A stretch of 64,000 nt of DNA. Origin: Spirochaetia bacterium. Lineage in GTDB: Bacteria; Spirochaetota; Spirochaetia; SZUA-6; Bin103. Position 1 is the stretch's first letter. Each line of letters begins with the position of its first letter. The stretch lies in NCBI GenBank assembly GCA_965198005.1, contig CBDAOI010000002.1, positions 736,001 to 800,000 on the forward strand, given 5' to 3'. Positions 41,352 through 51,808 of the stretch are shown here, piece by piece. The notes beneath the pieces were generated by a model. It did no database searches and had not been told where the DNA came from. It was given only the letters and a program-made list of their open reading frames with translations. The translations under genes and the position numbers were made by a program.

Positions 41352-43205
41352 CTAGTGTCCCATTGCTTCCTTCAGCTTCTGGTCAATCCAAAGGTGTATG
41401 AGGACGTCACGTACGCCCGATTCTTCGAGCATCCATTCACCGTTAAAACCTTGGACCCACGGCTGGGTCACCTGATAAACTGGAGCCATAGGACCCCATA
41501 TCTGATTGTGCTGCTTTAACAGGAACAAATCATACTCTCTGAATGCCGTCAGCTGCTCCTCTTTGGTGTTAGCGGCGATAAAGGCATCATACGCGGCGGT
41601 CAACTCAGGGGTCTTCTTACCGCCCGTGTTGTTTCCGCCCTGGTATTCGCGCAGGGATGTTAAGGCCGTGGTATAAAAGCCCATCCACACGGTTGGGGCA
41701 CTATAAAAGCCACTGTCGCCAGTGCTCATCTCATAAGTAATGTCTCCCTCATCTCCATCAGACCCTCCTCTGTTACCCCACCACGTCAAACCTGGTACTA
41801 CATTAATCTCTACATCAATGCCAATATCAGCCCAGTATCCGGCAGCTATTTCTACATAGCCTAAATCCATGATGTCGCGGTGGTCAAAGGTGAGCTTGAA
41901 TCGAACGCCGCCCGCGCCTCGCAGATATCCAGCCTCGTCAAGCAGCTTCTCAGCACCTTCCGGGTCATACCTGTAGTATTGCTTGAGATCTTCGGGCCAC
42001 TCTTCAAATGGGAAGAGATACGGCTTGACGGCAAGTCCCCCCATAGGTTCCCACATCGAATAGCCGCCATAGTAGGTATCGTTAATCGTCTCGAGGTCCA
42101 GTGCCATCTGCAGTGCGTGGCGCACCCTGATGTCGTCCAAGGCCGACTTACGAGTGTTCAGAGTAACGGTTGTAAACGACCGCTGGTAATAACTGCTCAC
42201 CTGGATTTCGGGGTTGATCTTCTGGAGGCTCCTTAGCACGTCGAGGGATTTTATATCAGCGCCACCGCCGGCTTGATGTATTACGTCCACCACACCCGTG
42301 CGTAGTGCCGATATACGTGTTGCTTCTTCTGTCATCCAAAGAGCCCTTATCCGATCAACGTAGGGCAAGCGGTTCTCCGGGTATTTTGGGTCGTAGCCCC
42401 AATAGTCAGGATTCTTGTCCCAAGTGAGAGAGACGCCTTCGACGTGGTCTTTCAGGACAAGGGGCCCCGTGCCGACCACGTTCCTCCAATCCTCATAGTT
42501 GCCGTATTTCTCGACTACCTCGGGGGGTAATATAAACTGCATTCCTTCGATGAGGATAAGCCTTAGCGCTATGAGGGATGGCTGCGTCAGCTTCATAACA
42601 ACCGTATATTTGTCGGCGGCCTCTATCGATTCCCACGGCAGCTGGATCACCCCGTAAGAGGCGCCGGGTTGTTCGGTGAAGTCGCCCAGAACGTTATTAC
42701 GCTGATAGGTATATACGACATCATCGGCTGTGAGTTCCCGCCCATTTACCAAGCGGCTGGCCTCACTGTCTTGATCAAGGGCGTAGTTAACGCCCTGACG
42801 GATGTGGAAGATGTAAGTCAGTGGGTCGGGAGTTTCCCAGCTTTCAGCCAGAGCCCCTGTTATGACAAAATCAGGAGGGTAAGAGTCTCTAAAGTCATAT
42901 ACCTCCCTATCTATTCCCCAGTCCCCCCAGCCGAGATGCTCATTAACACTGCCGATTTGGTGTGCAGCCTCACCGCCCCTTGCGAACGGGTCCGTATTTT
43001 CCCCTATTATTGTGTGAGGATAGGTTATTGTCCCGCCGTACTCCGGTGCGGTCACCACCTTGCCGGTGGTGGGGTCGGTCACATACTTCTTGTCGGCGGC
43101 GGCTGTCGGCTCGGTGTCTGTGCCACCGCCGGCCCAGAGGCCGGTTGCGGTCAGAGCCAGGACCAACGCAACCGCGCAGGTCATTCTCAATATGATTTTC
43201 ATCAT
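41352..43205 (-). CDS. ABC substrate-binding protein, family 5
   Basis: TATGLWAGGG signal peptide, PEYGG, LAESW, GTGP, DDIRVRHAL. Confidence 0.95.
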   Translation of the reverse strand: MMKIILRMTCAVALVLALTATGLWAGGGTDTEPTAAADKKYVTDPTTGKVVTAPEYGGTITYPHTIIGENTDPFARGGEAAHQIGSVNEHLGWGDWGIDREVYDFRDSYPPDFVITGALAESWETPDPLTYIFHIRQGVNYALDQDSEASRLVNGRELTADDVVYTYQRNNVLGDFTEQPGASYGVIQLPWESIEAADKYTVVMKLTQPSLIALRLILIEGMQFILPPEVVEKYGNYEDWRNVVGTGPLVLKDHVEGVSLTWDKNPDYWGYDPKYPENRLPYVDRIRALWMTEEATRISALRTGVVDVIHQAGGGADIKSLDVLRSLQKINPEIQVSSYYQRSFTTVTLNTRKSALDDIRVRHALQMALDLETINDTYYGGYSMWEPMGGLAVKPYLFPFEEWPEDLKQYYRYDPEGAEKLLDEAGYLRGAGGVRFKLTFDHRDIMDLGYVEIAAGYWADIGIDVEINVVPGLTWWGNRGGSDGDEGDITYEMSTGDSGFYSAPTVWMGFYTTALTSLREYQGGNNTGGKKTPELTAAYDAFIAANTKEEQLTAFREYDLFLLKQHNQIWGPMAPVYQVTQPWVQGFNGEWMLEESGVRDVLIHLWIDQKLKEAMGH

Positions 43206-43400
43206 CGTTAGTATCCTTGCTTGGATTTTGAGAGTATTGCGGAGCGACTTGCCGCTCCCTGGTTACTCTCGCGCCCGCAACGCGGACGGCCAGTCTGAGT
43301 CGAATTCACTAAGAGCGCGCGGCGTGTGACTCGGCGGGTTCACCCCGGCTCACGCCGCGCGCGCGTGCGGTTCTTTGAGTGTCATTCGAACCTCCTTCTT
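43206..43400 (-). promoter_or_regulatory. Structured 5' leader, family A, with uORF MTLKEPHARAA (43350-43385)
   Basis: Homologous to 1600-1793, with a compensatory base-pair change. Confidence 0.75.
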
Positions 43401-43435
43401 CTCTAGATCTACGTCGGGATCTGCGTTACGACGGC

Positions 43436-43643
43436 CAGCAATTCTCGGCGAGCGGCTGTCAGGGGAACAGAGTGTCATAAGCGTTGACGTGTTATAGGTC
43501 ACTCAAGCCCTCCGCAGGTGAGGCACAGCTATACCCAGACCCAGATGTAGTCGCGATGTCGCGATTGACTGCATCCACCCTATAATAACCTCCGCGCCCA
43601 TGGATGCCAACCACGAATCGCCCCAGCAATTCTCGGTGAACGG
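43436..43643. mobile_element. Two tandem solo ends of the ISNCY-like element (43436, 43624)
   Basis: CAGCAATTCTCGG(C/T)GA; the first copy matches 31436-31500 further in (CAGAGTGTCATAAGC, TCAAGCCCTCCG). Confidence 0.75.
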
Positions 43644-43718
43644 CAGTCGATGGCCTGAAGAGACAGTCTGGAGGGGGCCCCACCATTTGTCAACCCCCGC
43701 CGCGAAAGGATTCCGGGA

Positions 43719-43800
43719 GGGGGGGGGGTACAGGGGGGGGCCGGCTGTGTTGCCGCCAACCGGTAGCAACTGGACCGTGTCGTTAAGCATCATGCGCATC
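43719..43800 (-). promoter_or_regulatory. Upstream motif plus C8-TGTA-C10 tracts
   Basis: G10 at 43719-43728 and G8 at 43733-43740. Confidence 0.65.
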
Positions 43801-43804
43801 CGTT

Positions 43805-44440
43805 CGAGTCCCGTACCGGCGCAAGCATGGCACCGGCGCGGCCACGTGTCAACCACGTTTCAACATTCGACGACAATCGACAATCGGACCCGCTCCGAAC
43901 CCATCAATGCACGTGCGGCGCCACCCTCGGCGGCCCTCTCACCCTCGCGCCGGGTCGATGCCCGACCGGCGCAGGAGCGCCGCCAGCCGTTCGGCGCGTC
44001 GGCGTTCCTCACTCAGCAGATGTTCCGCGTGGTCGGCGCGGTGGCGTTCCTGATCCGCGCGGTAGCGTTGTTCCCTGCCCGTCGGAATCAACGGCCACCA
44101 GAATCAGGATCACTACGGCAATGCCGCTGGCCGTGCCGAGCGGCTTCTCCCTGACCAGCCGGGTCAAGAACCGCGTGCGCCCGCTGCGTTGACTGCTTTG
44201 ACCCACCACTGTTTGACCCTCTACTGGTAGCGGATCCGGGGATCCAGGACCGCATAGACCAAGTCTATCATCAGGTTGATCCCCATCACCGCGCTGCCGA
44301 ACACCAGGTTGATGCCGGCGACCACCGGGAAGTCTCGGTCGTTGAGAGCCACCAGCATCAGACGACCCAACCCGGGCAGGTTGAAGATGTTCTCGATGAT
44401 GACGGCGCCACCCACCAGGATGGGCAACTGCAGCCCGATC
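43805..44440 (-). pseudogene. Deleted duplicate: dppB 3' end, dppC 5' end and Uma2 3' end
   Basis: 43805-44091 matches ~22908-23196; 44091-44440 matches ~28047-28400. Confidence 0.88.
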
Positions 44441-44459
44441 GTGAAGCTGTGCAAGTAGC

Positions 44460-44776
44460 GCGTGCGAATCGCTGATCACTCCGACCCCCTCGGGCTCGTA
44501 CGCGGGCGTCGCGGGCGTACCCGGCGATTCCACTCCCCCGGCAGGACATGGTACAGTTGCCGCCATGCGGATTACCGCCATCACCTGCACGCCGCTCACC
44601 ATCGGCAAGAGCCTGCTGCGGGTGGCGACCGTGCCAGCGTCATGAGCGGCAAGGACTTCGAGATCAGGGAGTACCCCCTGGAGCGAGTCGCGAAGGGGTT
44701 CGACGCCCTGGACAGCGGCTATCGACTGGACGGGAGAGACGCGATCAAGATCGCGATCCAGCCGAACGGCGGCTGA
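44460..44776 (+). pseudogene. Probable Zn-dehydrogenase C-terminal remnant
   Basis: YPLERV..GFDAL...DAIKIAIQP terminal pattern. Confidence 0.4.
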
Positions 44777-44805
44777 TCCCGACGCCAACCAGCGAACAGC
44801 CAGGC

Positions 44806-45672
44806 ATGGCGCCGCTCGCGGCAGTCTATCGCCCCGCCGGACTGGGGCTGTCATTCGAGTTGTTCCCGCCCAAGACCGCGGACGGCGAGGCGGCCCTGTA
44901 CCGTCACGTCGCCAAGTTGATGCAACTCGCGCCCGACTTCATCACCTGCACCTACGGCGCCGGCGGTTCGACGCGGGACAAGACGCTGGACGTGGTAGCG
45001 CAGGTCAAACAGCGGTTCGCCATCCCGGTCGCCTCACACCTCACCTGCGTCGGCGCCACCGTCGAGCAGCTCTGCGCCTATCTGACCGAGGCCGACCGGC
45101 ACGGCACCGACTACATCGTCGCCCTGCGCGGCGATCCGCCGCGCGGCCAGAGCGAGGTCACACCCACCGCCGGCGGCCTGGCCTACGGCAACGAGCTGGT
45201 GGCGCTGATCCACCAGCGGTTTCCCCGCTTCGGGATCGCGGTCGCCGGCTATCCCGAAACCCACCAGGAGGCGACCAGCCCCGCGGCCGACCTGGCCTAC
45301 CTCAAGCAGAAGGTCGAGGCGGGGGCGGACGTGGTAATCACCCAGCTGTTCTACGACAACGACGATTTCTTCGCCTTCCGCGACCGCTACCAGCGGAGTG
45401 GGATCGAGGTACCCCTGGTGCCCGGCATCATGCCGATCACCAATCTGAAACAGGTCGAGCGGATCGCCTCACTGTGCGGGGCGCGGCTGCCGGATCCCCT
45501 CACCACCAGGCTCGCCGAGCGCGACGATCCCGAGTGGTACTTCCAGGTGGGGGTGGAGTTTGCCACCCGCCAGGTGCAAGAGCTGATCGCCGGCGGCGTG
45601 CCCGGCCTGCACTTCTACGTGCTCAACCAGTCACGCGCCACCAGCGCGATTCTGCACGACGTCACGCGCTAG
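44806..45672 (+). CDS. metF: 5,10-methylenetetrahydrofolate reductase
   Basis: SFELFPPK, TYGAGGS, HLTCV, ALRGD, AGYPE, ITQLFYD, HFYVLN. Confidence 0.95.
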   Translation: MAPLAAVYRPAGLGLSFELFPPKTADGEAALYRHVAKLMQLAPDFITCTYGAGGSTRDKTLDVVAQVKQRFAIPVASHLTCVGATVEQLCAYLTEADRHGTDYIVALRGDPPRGQSEVTPTAGGLAYGNELVALIHQRFPRFGIAVAGYPETHQEATSPAADLAYLKQKVEAGADVVITQLFYDNDDFFAFRDRYQRSGIEVPLVPGIMPITNLKQVERIASLCGARLPDPLTTRLAERDDPEWYFQVGVEFATRQVQELIAGGVPGLHFYVLNQSRATSAILHDVTR

Positions 45673-45696
45673 CAGGTAGGTTGTATATTGAGCCAC

Positions 45697-47673
45697 ATGT
45701 ACCATCGGGGCGGCGGCGGCTTCGGCTTCATGCTCCACCACGGCGACGAGAACGCCCGGCCGCAGGTCAGCCGCGCGCTGCTGCTGCGGGTGTTGGGATA
45801 CGCCCGGCCGCACGTTGGCGGGCTCCTGCTGCTGTTGAGTGCCATCCTCGCCACCATCGGCCTCGGCCTGCTCACCCCACTGATCTTCCGCGACCTGATC
45901 GACCATACCTTGCCGGCCGGCGACGTGGTACGGCTCAACCTGCTGGCGGTGGCACTGGTCGCGATTCCGGTGGTGAGCGCGGTGCTGCGCATCTGGCAGC
46001 GCAAGCTGGACGCCACCATCGGCACCGGGATCATTCTCGACCTGCGCACCGGGCTCTACGCGCACCTGCAGCGCCTGTCGTTGCGGTTCTACACCGACAA
46101 CAAGGCGGGCGAGCTGATGAGCCGGCTCAACACCGACGTGATCGGCGCCCAGAACGCGGTGACCAACACCATGGTGGACGTCACCACCAACCTGATCTCG
46201 GTGTCGGCGACGCTGGCGGTGATGCTGGCGCTGGAGTGGCGGCTCACGGTGTTGGGGTTGCTCGTGCTGCCCCTGTTCATCCTGCTCGGGCGGCGCTATG
46301 GGAACACCCTGCGGACGGTCTCGCGCGAGCTGATGGAGCGCAACGCACGGCTGCATGCGATCATGAACGAGACCCTGAACATCAGCGGTCTGCTGCTGGT
46401 CAAGCTGTTCGGGCGGCGCCCGGAGGAGCAACGGCGATTCCGGGAGCAGGCGGAGGCGATGCGCGAGAGCGCCGTGCGCCAGTCGGTGGTGGGCAGCCGT
46501 TTCTTCATTCTGATGGGCGTGGGCACGGCGGTCGGGACGGCCGCGATCTACCTGCTGGGCGGCCATCTGGTGATCCGCGGTGGCCTGACGATCGGGACGG
46601 TGGTCGCCTTTGCCAGTTACCTCACGCAGCTCTACGGACCGCTGCGCTCGCTCACCAACGTGCCGGTGATCGTGGCCCAGTCGCTGGTCAGTTTCGAGCG
46701 GGTGTTCGAGGTGCTCGATCTGCCGGTCGACATCGAGCAGGCGCCGGACGCCATCCGCCTCGGGCGGGCCGCGGGACGGCTCGAGCTGCGCGACGTCAGC
46801 TTCCGCTACGAACGCAACGAGCGGCTGTTGTTGAGTGAATCCAAGCGCGCGACGCGCCGCGAGGACGTTTCGTTTATCTCGGGGCAACGCACCAACGGGG
46901 CCGCGCCGCACCGGCGCAATGGCGGGACGGCGACCGATCCGGCATCGCACGCGCCGGCGGCCCACCAAGCGCGCGAGTGGGCGTTGGATCGGGTCAGCTT
47001 CACCGTCGAGCCGGGGCAGACCGTGGCCGTGGTCGGTCCGAGCGGCGCCGGCAAGACCACCCTCGCCTATCTCTTGCCGCGCCTGTACGACCCCACCCGC
47101 GGCCAGATTCTGCTCGACGGCCACGACACGCGGTCGCTCACCCTGGAGTCGCTGACCGCCCAGCTCGGGATGGTGACCCAGGAGCCCTACCTGTTCCACG
47201 ATTCGATACGGGCCAACCTGGTGTACGCGGACCCCGGCGCCGACGACGCGCGCATCACCGCCGCCTGCCGTGCCGCCAACATCCACGACTTCATCGCCGC
47301 GCTGCCCGCCGGCTACGACACGGTGGTGGGCGAACGCGGCTACCGGCTGAGCGGCGGTGAGAAGCAGCGCATCGCGATCGCCCGCGTCATCCTCAAGGAC
47401 CCGCGTCTCCTGATCCTGGACGAGGCGACCAGCCACCTCGACACCCACTCGGAGGCGTTGATTCAGGAGGCGCTGACCCGAGTCATCGCCAACCGCACGG
47501 CGATCGTGATCGCCCATCGTCTGAGCACCATTCTCGCCGCCGATCAGATTCTGGTGTTCGACTGCGGCCGCATCGTGGAACAAGGCACCCACGCCCACCT
47601 GATCGCCGCCGACGGCCTCTACCATCGCCTGTATCAGCTGCGCGACCGGGAACGCGATGCCGTGCGGCAGTGA
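45697..47673 (+). CDS. Fused ABC exporter (permease plus ATPase, MdlB/MsbA-like)
   Basis: TM domain, GPSGAGKTT, LSGGEKQR, LILDEATS, IAHRLST. Confidence 0.95.
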   Translation: MYHRGGGGFGFMLHHGDENARPQVSRALLLRVLGYARPHVGGLLLLLSAILATIGLGLLTPLIFRDLIDHTLPAGDVVRLNLLAVALVAIPVVSAVLRIWQRKLDATIGTGIILDLRTGLYAHLQRLSLRFYTDNKAGELMSRLNTDVIGAQNAVTNTMVDVTTNLISVSATLAVMLALEWRLTVLGLLVLPLFILLGRRYGNTLRTVSRELMERNARLHAIMNETLNISGLLLVKLFGRRPEEQRRFREQAEAMRESAVRQSVVGSRFFILMGVGTAVGTAAIYLLGGHLVIRGGLTIGTVVAFASYLTQLYGPLRSLTNVPVIVAQSLVSFERVFEVLDLPVDIEQAPDAIRLGRAAGRLELRDVSFRYERNERLLLSESKRATRREDVSFISGQRTNGAAPHRRNGGTATDPASHAPAAHQAREWALDRVSFTVEPGQTVAVVGPSGAGKTTLAYLLPRLYDPTRGQILLDGHDTRSLTLESLTAQLGMVTQEPYLFHDSIRANLVYADPGADDARITAACRAANIHDFIAALPAGYDTVVGERGYRLSGGEKQRIAIARVILKDPRLLILDEATSHLDTHSEALIQEALTRVIANRTAIVIAHRLSTILAADQILVFDCGRIVEQGTHAHLIAADGLYHRLYQLRDRERDAVRQ

Positions 47674-47712
47674 CCGCAGCGGATCGCTGTTTTCAAGAAC
47701 GGCGAATCTACG

Positions 47713-47852
47713 CTAGCGCCCGGCCGCCCCCCGCAGCCGCGGGTCGAGCAGGTCGCGCACCGCGTCGCCGAACATGTTCAGACTGTAGACGACGATCGTC
47801 AGGCAGAGGCCGGGCCACAGAGCCAGCCGCGGCGCCATCTCCATGTACTGGC
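47713..47852 (-). pseudogene. dppC 3' fragment
   Basis: [39 protein letters not shown]. Confidence 0.85.
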
Positions 47853-48159
47853 GCGAGCCGCACCGAGCCGCGCCCAGCCGTGCCCAGCACATGGTGTCCA
47901 TCCCGAAGTGGCACCGCAGGTACAGACGCGAACGGAGTCACGGTCCTGCGTGCGGTGCGTGTCCATCGGTCCGAGCCGACAACGTGTTTGGAACCCGTCG
48001 GGCGACAGGGTAAGATGAAGCGTGGCGCATCCGCCTGCAGCGGTTGCTTGCGGCCCACGATTGCGCGGGCCTGAAGGAGTTCCGGCCTATCTGCACCAAC
48101 GAGTGGGACATGGAAGTACGCGAAGCGTTCGGCTACCTGATCAGGTCGCTCCGGTGCCG

Positions 48160-48945
48160 AGTACGACAAGCGAACAACGACATCGCGCGGTACGATCAAG
48201 GCGCGCGACGCGCACGTGGGCTTCTACCGAAGCGTGTTCCTGGACGCCTCGGGGATCTTCGACCGGCACGGTGTTTGCGCCGGAGCTTGCAGGGCTAGGT
48301 GCGCGAGTGGTACAACTACCGTGGCGCGGCGCGGAGCAGGTGTACAACCCGTACACGGTGCTGCTGCTGGACAGCTCGCGGCGCACTGGTTCGAGACCGG
48401 GACGCCGGCGTTTCTGGTGGACACGCTGTTCGAGCGCCGGGTGGCGTCGGTGGCGCTGGACCGGATGGTGGGCACGGCGGAGTTGCTGCGGCGCCTGGGC
48501 AAGATCGGGAGGCGCTGCTGTTCCAGACCGGCTTCTGAACGATCACGGCATTCCGTACGAGTGGTACACGAACAACGACATCGCGCGGTACGAGGGCTTC
48601 TACGCGAGCGTGTTCTACTCCTACTTTGCGGCGCTGGGGTACGAACTCACGGTGGAGGAGTCGAGCAGCCACGGGCGGCTGGTGGCGGTGCGGGCCGGCG
48701 GGCACGTGTACCTGTTCGAGTTCAAGGTGGTGGAGATGGCGCCGCCGGGGTCGGCGCTGGCGCAGTTGCGGGAGCGGGACTACGCGGCGAAGTACCGGGG
48801 GCGGGGGGAGCCGATCCCGATGGGAGGCAACCGACCCCGCTCGGAGGCAGCCGGTCTCGGCGAGGGGCAACCGATCCACCTGGTCGGGGTGGAGTTCAGC
48901 CGCGAGACGCGCAACCTGACGGCGTTCGAGGTGGCGGACGGCTGA
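48160..48945 (+). pseudogene. AAA-ATPase-like / PD-(D/E)XK nuclease remnant
   Basis: VREWYN, VYNPY, WFETGTP, YEGFYASV, YLFEFK, ALAQL..RDY pieces in several frames; 25-bp duplicate at 48171 and 48569. Confidence 0.8.
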
Positions 48946-49002
48946 GGGCGGGCTCGCCGTCCTCGTCCCAGCGTGCCCTATCGGTCGTCGCGGTGGCCGG
49001 TC

Positions 49003-50112
49003 TCAGATGCCGAGATCGTCCAGCTCGTAGTCGCTCAGGACCGTGGCGCGGGCGGCTTCGTTCCAGCGGTATGCCTGGTTGTCCGCGGCGAGCGGCTGGT
49101 AGCGGTACGGGGTCTCGTGCGGGAACCGTTGCCGGCGGGCGTCGATGGCGAGGGCGATGATCCGGGCGCGCCGCCGAATGCGGTCGTCGTCGTACGGTTC
49201 CGGCGCCTCACCCAGTACTCCCGCAACGCTGCGGCGGCGGTGAAAGCCGAAGGTCAGCGATACCCGCCGGTTGGGAGACTGATTGGCATACGCACCGTGC
49301 AGAATCTGGCGGTTGACGATGGCCACGTCACCCGGATTGCACACCATCGGCACGGCGTCGGGGAGACGGTCCGAACCGCCGTTGGCGGCGACGCGCGCCT
49401 TGATGTCGATCTTGCCCAGGCAGTGCGAGCCGGACACCAGCCACAGCGCATTGGCGGGCGTGGTCGGGAAGAGCTGCGCCATGAAGTTGAACCCGTGGGT
49501 GCCGGCGTCCAGCTCCGGGTTGTTCCAATGGGTCGTGCCGTCCTGATGCCAGGCGGTCGACGGTCCCAGCCCCGGCTCCTTGATCCAGAGCGCCTCCCGG
49601 AACGGCACGAAGTCGCGGCCGTTGATCTGCTCGGCCACGGCCAGCAGTTGCGCGTGGCCGTACAGGCGCAGAAAGCTGTCCATCAACTGCAGCGGTCCGC
49701 CGACGTTCACCAGCACCTCCGCCGGGGCGTCGTCCGGCGCCGCGTACTCGGCCATCTTCGCCTCGTAGCGGCCGCGCGCCGCCGCGGTGCCGCCGAACGG
49801 ATCGCTCAGCGGCTTGGCGAACGTAAAGCGCGAGCTCGGGGCCGGCCCCGAGCCGAGTGCCGGCCGTCCCGCGGCGGCGTCGGTCACGGCCGCGCTGGAG
49901 GCCGGCGCCCGTTCCAGCATCCGCTCGAAGTCCGCCACCAGATCCGCCACCTCGGCCGGCGAGAGCATCCCTTCGAAGATGTAGAACCCGGTACGCCAAT
50001 AGGCGTCCGTGATCTCGGTCCGCACCGCGCCGTCCGCCGTGAACGCGAGCGGCCCGCGGTTGCCCAACGCCGCCGCGCGCCGGGTCCCGTCCGTCAGGTA
50101 CGTATCAGCCAT
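49003..50112 (-). CDS. Phytanoyl-CoA dioxygenase family (Fe/2OG)
   Basis: WHQD, GSH, PGDV...LHGA..N.S..RR. Confidence 0.88.
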   Translation of the reverse strand: MADTYLTDGTRRAAALGNRGPLAFTADGAVRTEITDAYWRTGFYIFEGMLSPAEVADLVADFERMLERAPASSAAVTDAAAGRPALGSGPAPSSRFTFAKPLSDPFGGTAAARGRYEAKMAEYAAPDDAPAEVLVNVGGPLQLMDSFLRLYGHAQLLAVAEQINGRDFVPFREALWIKEPGLGPSTAWHQDGTTHWNNPELDAGTHGFNFMAQLFPTTPANALWLVSGSHCLGKIDIKARVAANGGSDRLPDAVPMVCNPGDVAIVNRQILHGAYANQSPNRRVSLTFGFHRRRSVAGVLGEAPEPYDDDRIRRRARIIALAIDARRQRFPHETPYRYQPLAADNQAYRWNEAARATVLSDYELDDLGI

Positions 50113-50288
50113 GGTCCAAGGATACCAGGTCTGGGCCGGCCGGACTACCGACGGCAGGTTGCCTGCCTGCCTCGGTTGCCTCGGGTGGCCTGGGTGGTGC
50201 GCGGCGTCGTGGACGCGCACAATGAAGCGTGGCCGACATCCCGCCGTTGGTATAGGTTGTCACCCGCAGTGGAGACCGCGACCACATA

Positions 50289-51623
50289 ATGCCAGGAGCA
50301 GCAGCCCCGCAGCCGGCCACGGGCAGCCGCGCACCCAGCCGAGTGAACAACGTGCGCCCGCACGATCGACCCGTTCATGAGTGGTATCGGTTTGTGCTGT
50401 CGTTTCCGCCGCACCTGGTTCAGGATTATCTCGACCGGTTTGGCGTGCGTCCTGGGGATACGGTGCTCGATCCGTTCGCCGGCACAGGCACTACCTTGGT
50501 AGAGTGCAAGAAGCGCGGCATCGCAAGCGTCGGCATCGAGTCCAACCCGATGGCTCAGTTCGCCAGTTCCGTAAAGCTGGACTGGTCCGCCGATCCCCAC
50601 GCGTTGTCGGACTACGCTACGGCAGTGGCCGAACGAGCGCGAGTCGCGATTGGTCGCGATGGCTACGCCGACTGGACCGACTTGCCCCTGTTTGCTCGCA
50701 GAGATCAGTCCCGCGCTCCGCTGCAGACTCTCACGCCCGAGCAATGCAAACTGTTGTTGAAGGACTCGATCAGTCCCCTGCCCCTGCACAAGACACTGGT
50801 ACTGCTCGCCGCTATCGACACCTGCGGCGATTCCGCGTTCCACCGCTACGGACGGCTCGCGCTCGCGCATGCATTGGTGCGCGATGTTGGCAACCTGAAA
50901 TTCGGTCCGGAAATCGGGGTCGGCAAGCTCAAGGATGACGCGCCGGTCGTAGATTCCTGGCTCGGCCACATGCGGACAATCGTCGACGACCTCCTGCACA
51001 CACGCGATCGTGCGGAAGTCCCGGGATGCGTTCACCGGGGAGACGCCCGACAAGTCGATCAGATTCTGAGTCCGCGCTCGGTGGACGCGGTGATCACCTC
51101 CCCACCCTATCCGAACGAAAAGGACTATACGAGAACGACGCGTCTGGAATCGGTGATCCTCGGTCTGATCGGCGACGTGAGCGGTCTGCGGGAGCTCAAG
51201 CAGGACCTCATCCGCTCCAACACGCGCGGTGTTTACAAGGATGACGCGGACGATCTGGAGGTAGCCGGGCACGATGCCATTCAGAAAATCGCGAACAAGA
51301 TCGAACAACGGCGATTGGAATTGGGGAAGACCTCCGGTTTCGAGCGGATGTACTCGAGAGTCACCAAGCTGTACTTCGGCGGAATGGCGAAGCACTTTGC
51401 GGCGTTGCGTACCGTCCTCAATCCCGGTGCGAAACTCGCCTACGTCGTCGGAGATCAGGCATCCTATCTCCGGGTGATGATCCGTACCGGTTATCTGCTC
51501 GCCGACCTCGCGCAGTCGCTCGGTTACCGCGTGGAAGGCATCGATCTCTTCCGCACCCGCTTGTCCACCGCCACCGGCGAACAGCTCAGGGAAGAAGTGG
51601 TAGTAATTCAGTGGCCAGAGTGA
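50289..51623 (+). CDS. DNA methyltransferase, probably N4-cytosine
   Basis: HEWYRF, DPFAGTGTT (motif I), TSPPY (motif IV). Confidence 0.9.
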   Translation: MPGAAAPQPATGSRAPSRVNNVRPHDRPVHEWYRFVLSFPPHLVQDYLDRFGVRPGDTVLDPFAGTGTTLVECKKRGIASVGIESNPMAQFASSVKLDWSADPHALSDYATAVAERARVAIGRDGYADWTDLPLFARRDQSRAPLQTLTPEQCKLLLKDSISPLPLHKTLVLLAAIDTCGDSAFHRYGRLALAHALVRDVGNLKFGPEIGVGKLKDDAPVVDSWLGHMRTIVDDLLHTRDRAEVPGCVHRGDARQVDQILSPRSVDAVITSPPYPNEKDYTRTTRLESVILGLIGDVSGLRELKQDLIRSNTRGVYKDDADDLEVAGHDAIQKIANKIEQRRLELGKTSGFERMYSRVTKLYFGGMAKHFAALRTVLNPGAKLAYVVGDQASYLRVMIRTGYLLADLAQSLGYRVEGIDLFRTRLSTATGEQLREEVVVIQWPE

Positions 51624-51808
51624 GCAGCTTGCTGGTATGGCTGCGGTTAGCCGCGGCAGCTTTGCTTGATCATCCTATCCGCGCCGGCTCCGCCCGACGA
51701 GCGGGCGTGTGCGGTGAATACGCGCGCCAATCGCCGCGTGGGCTGCGGTGATTGGCTTGTCTCAATCGCTGGACCGCGGTACCATTCGCCGCACTGGTTG
51801 CGGTGATT

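Noticed and set aside
43800-43822. GTTCGAGTCCC resembling a tRNA T-arm or att site
   Set aside because: The upstream bases do not pair to form a T-stem; no cloverleaf or CCA end
45631-47625. Long antisense ORF (also 23125-24579, 50145-51395, 51647-53152, 57360-58790, 60872-62284)
   Set aside because: Shadow ORFs opposite well-supported genes, expected in high-GC DNA
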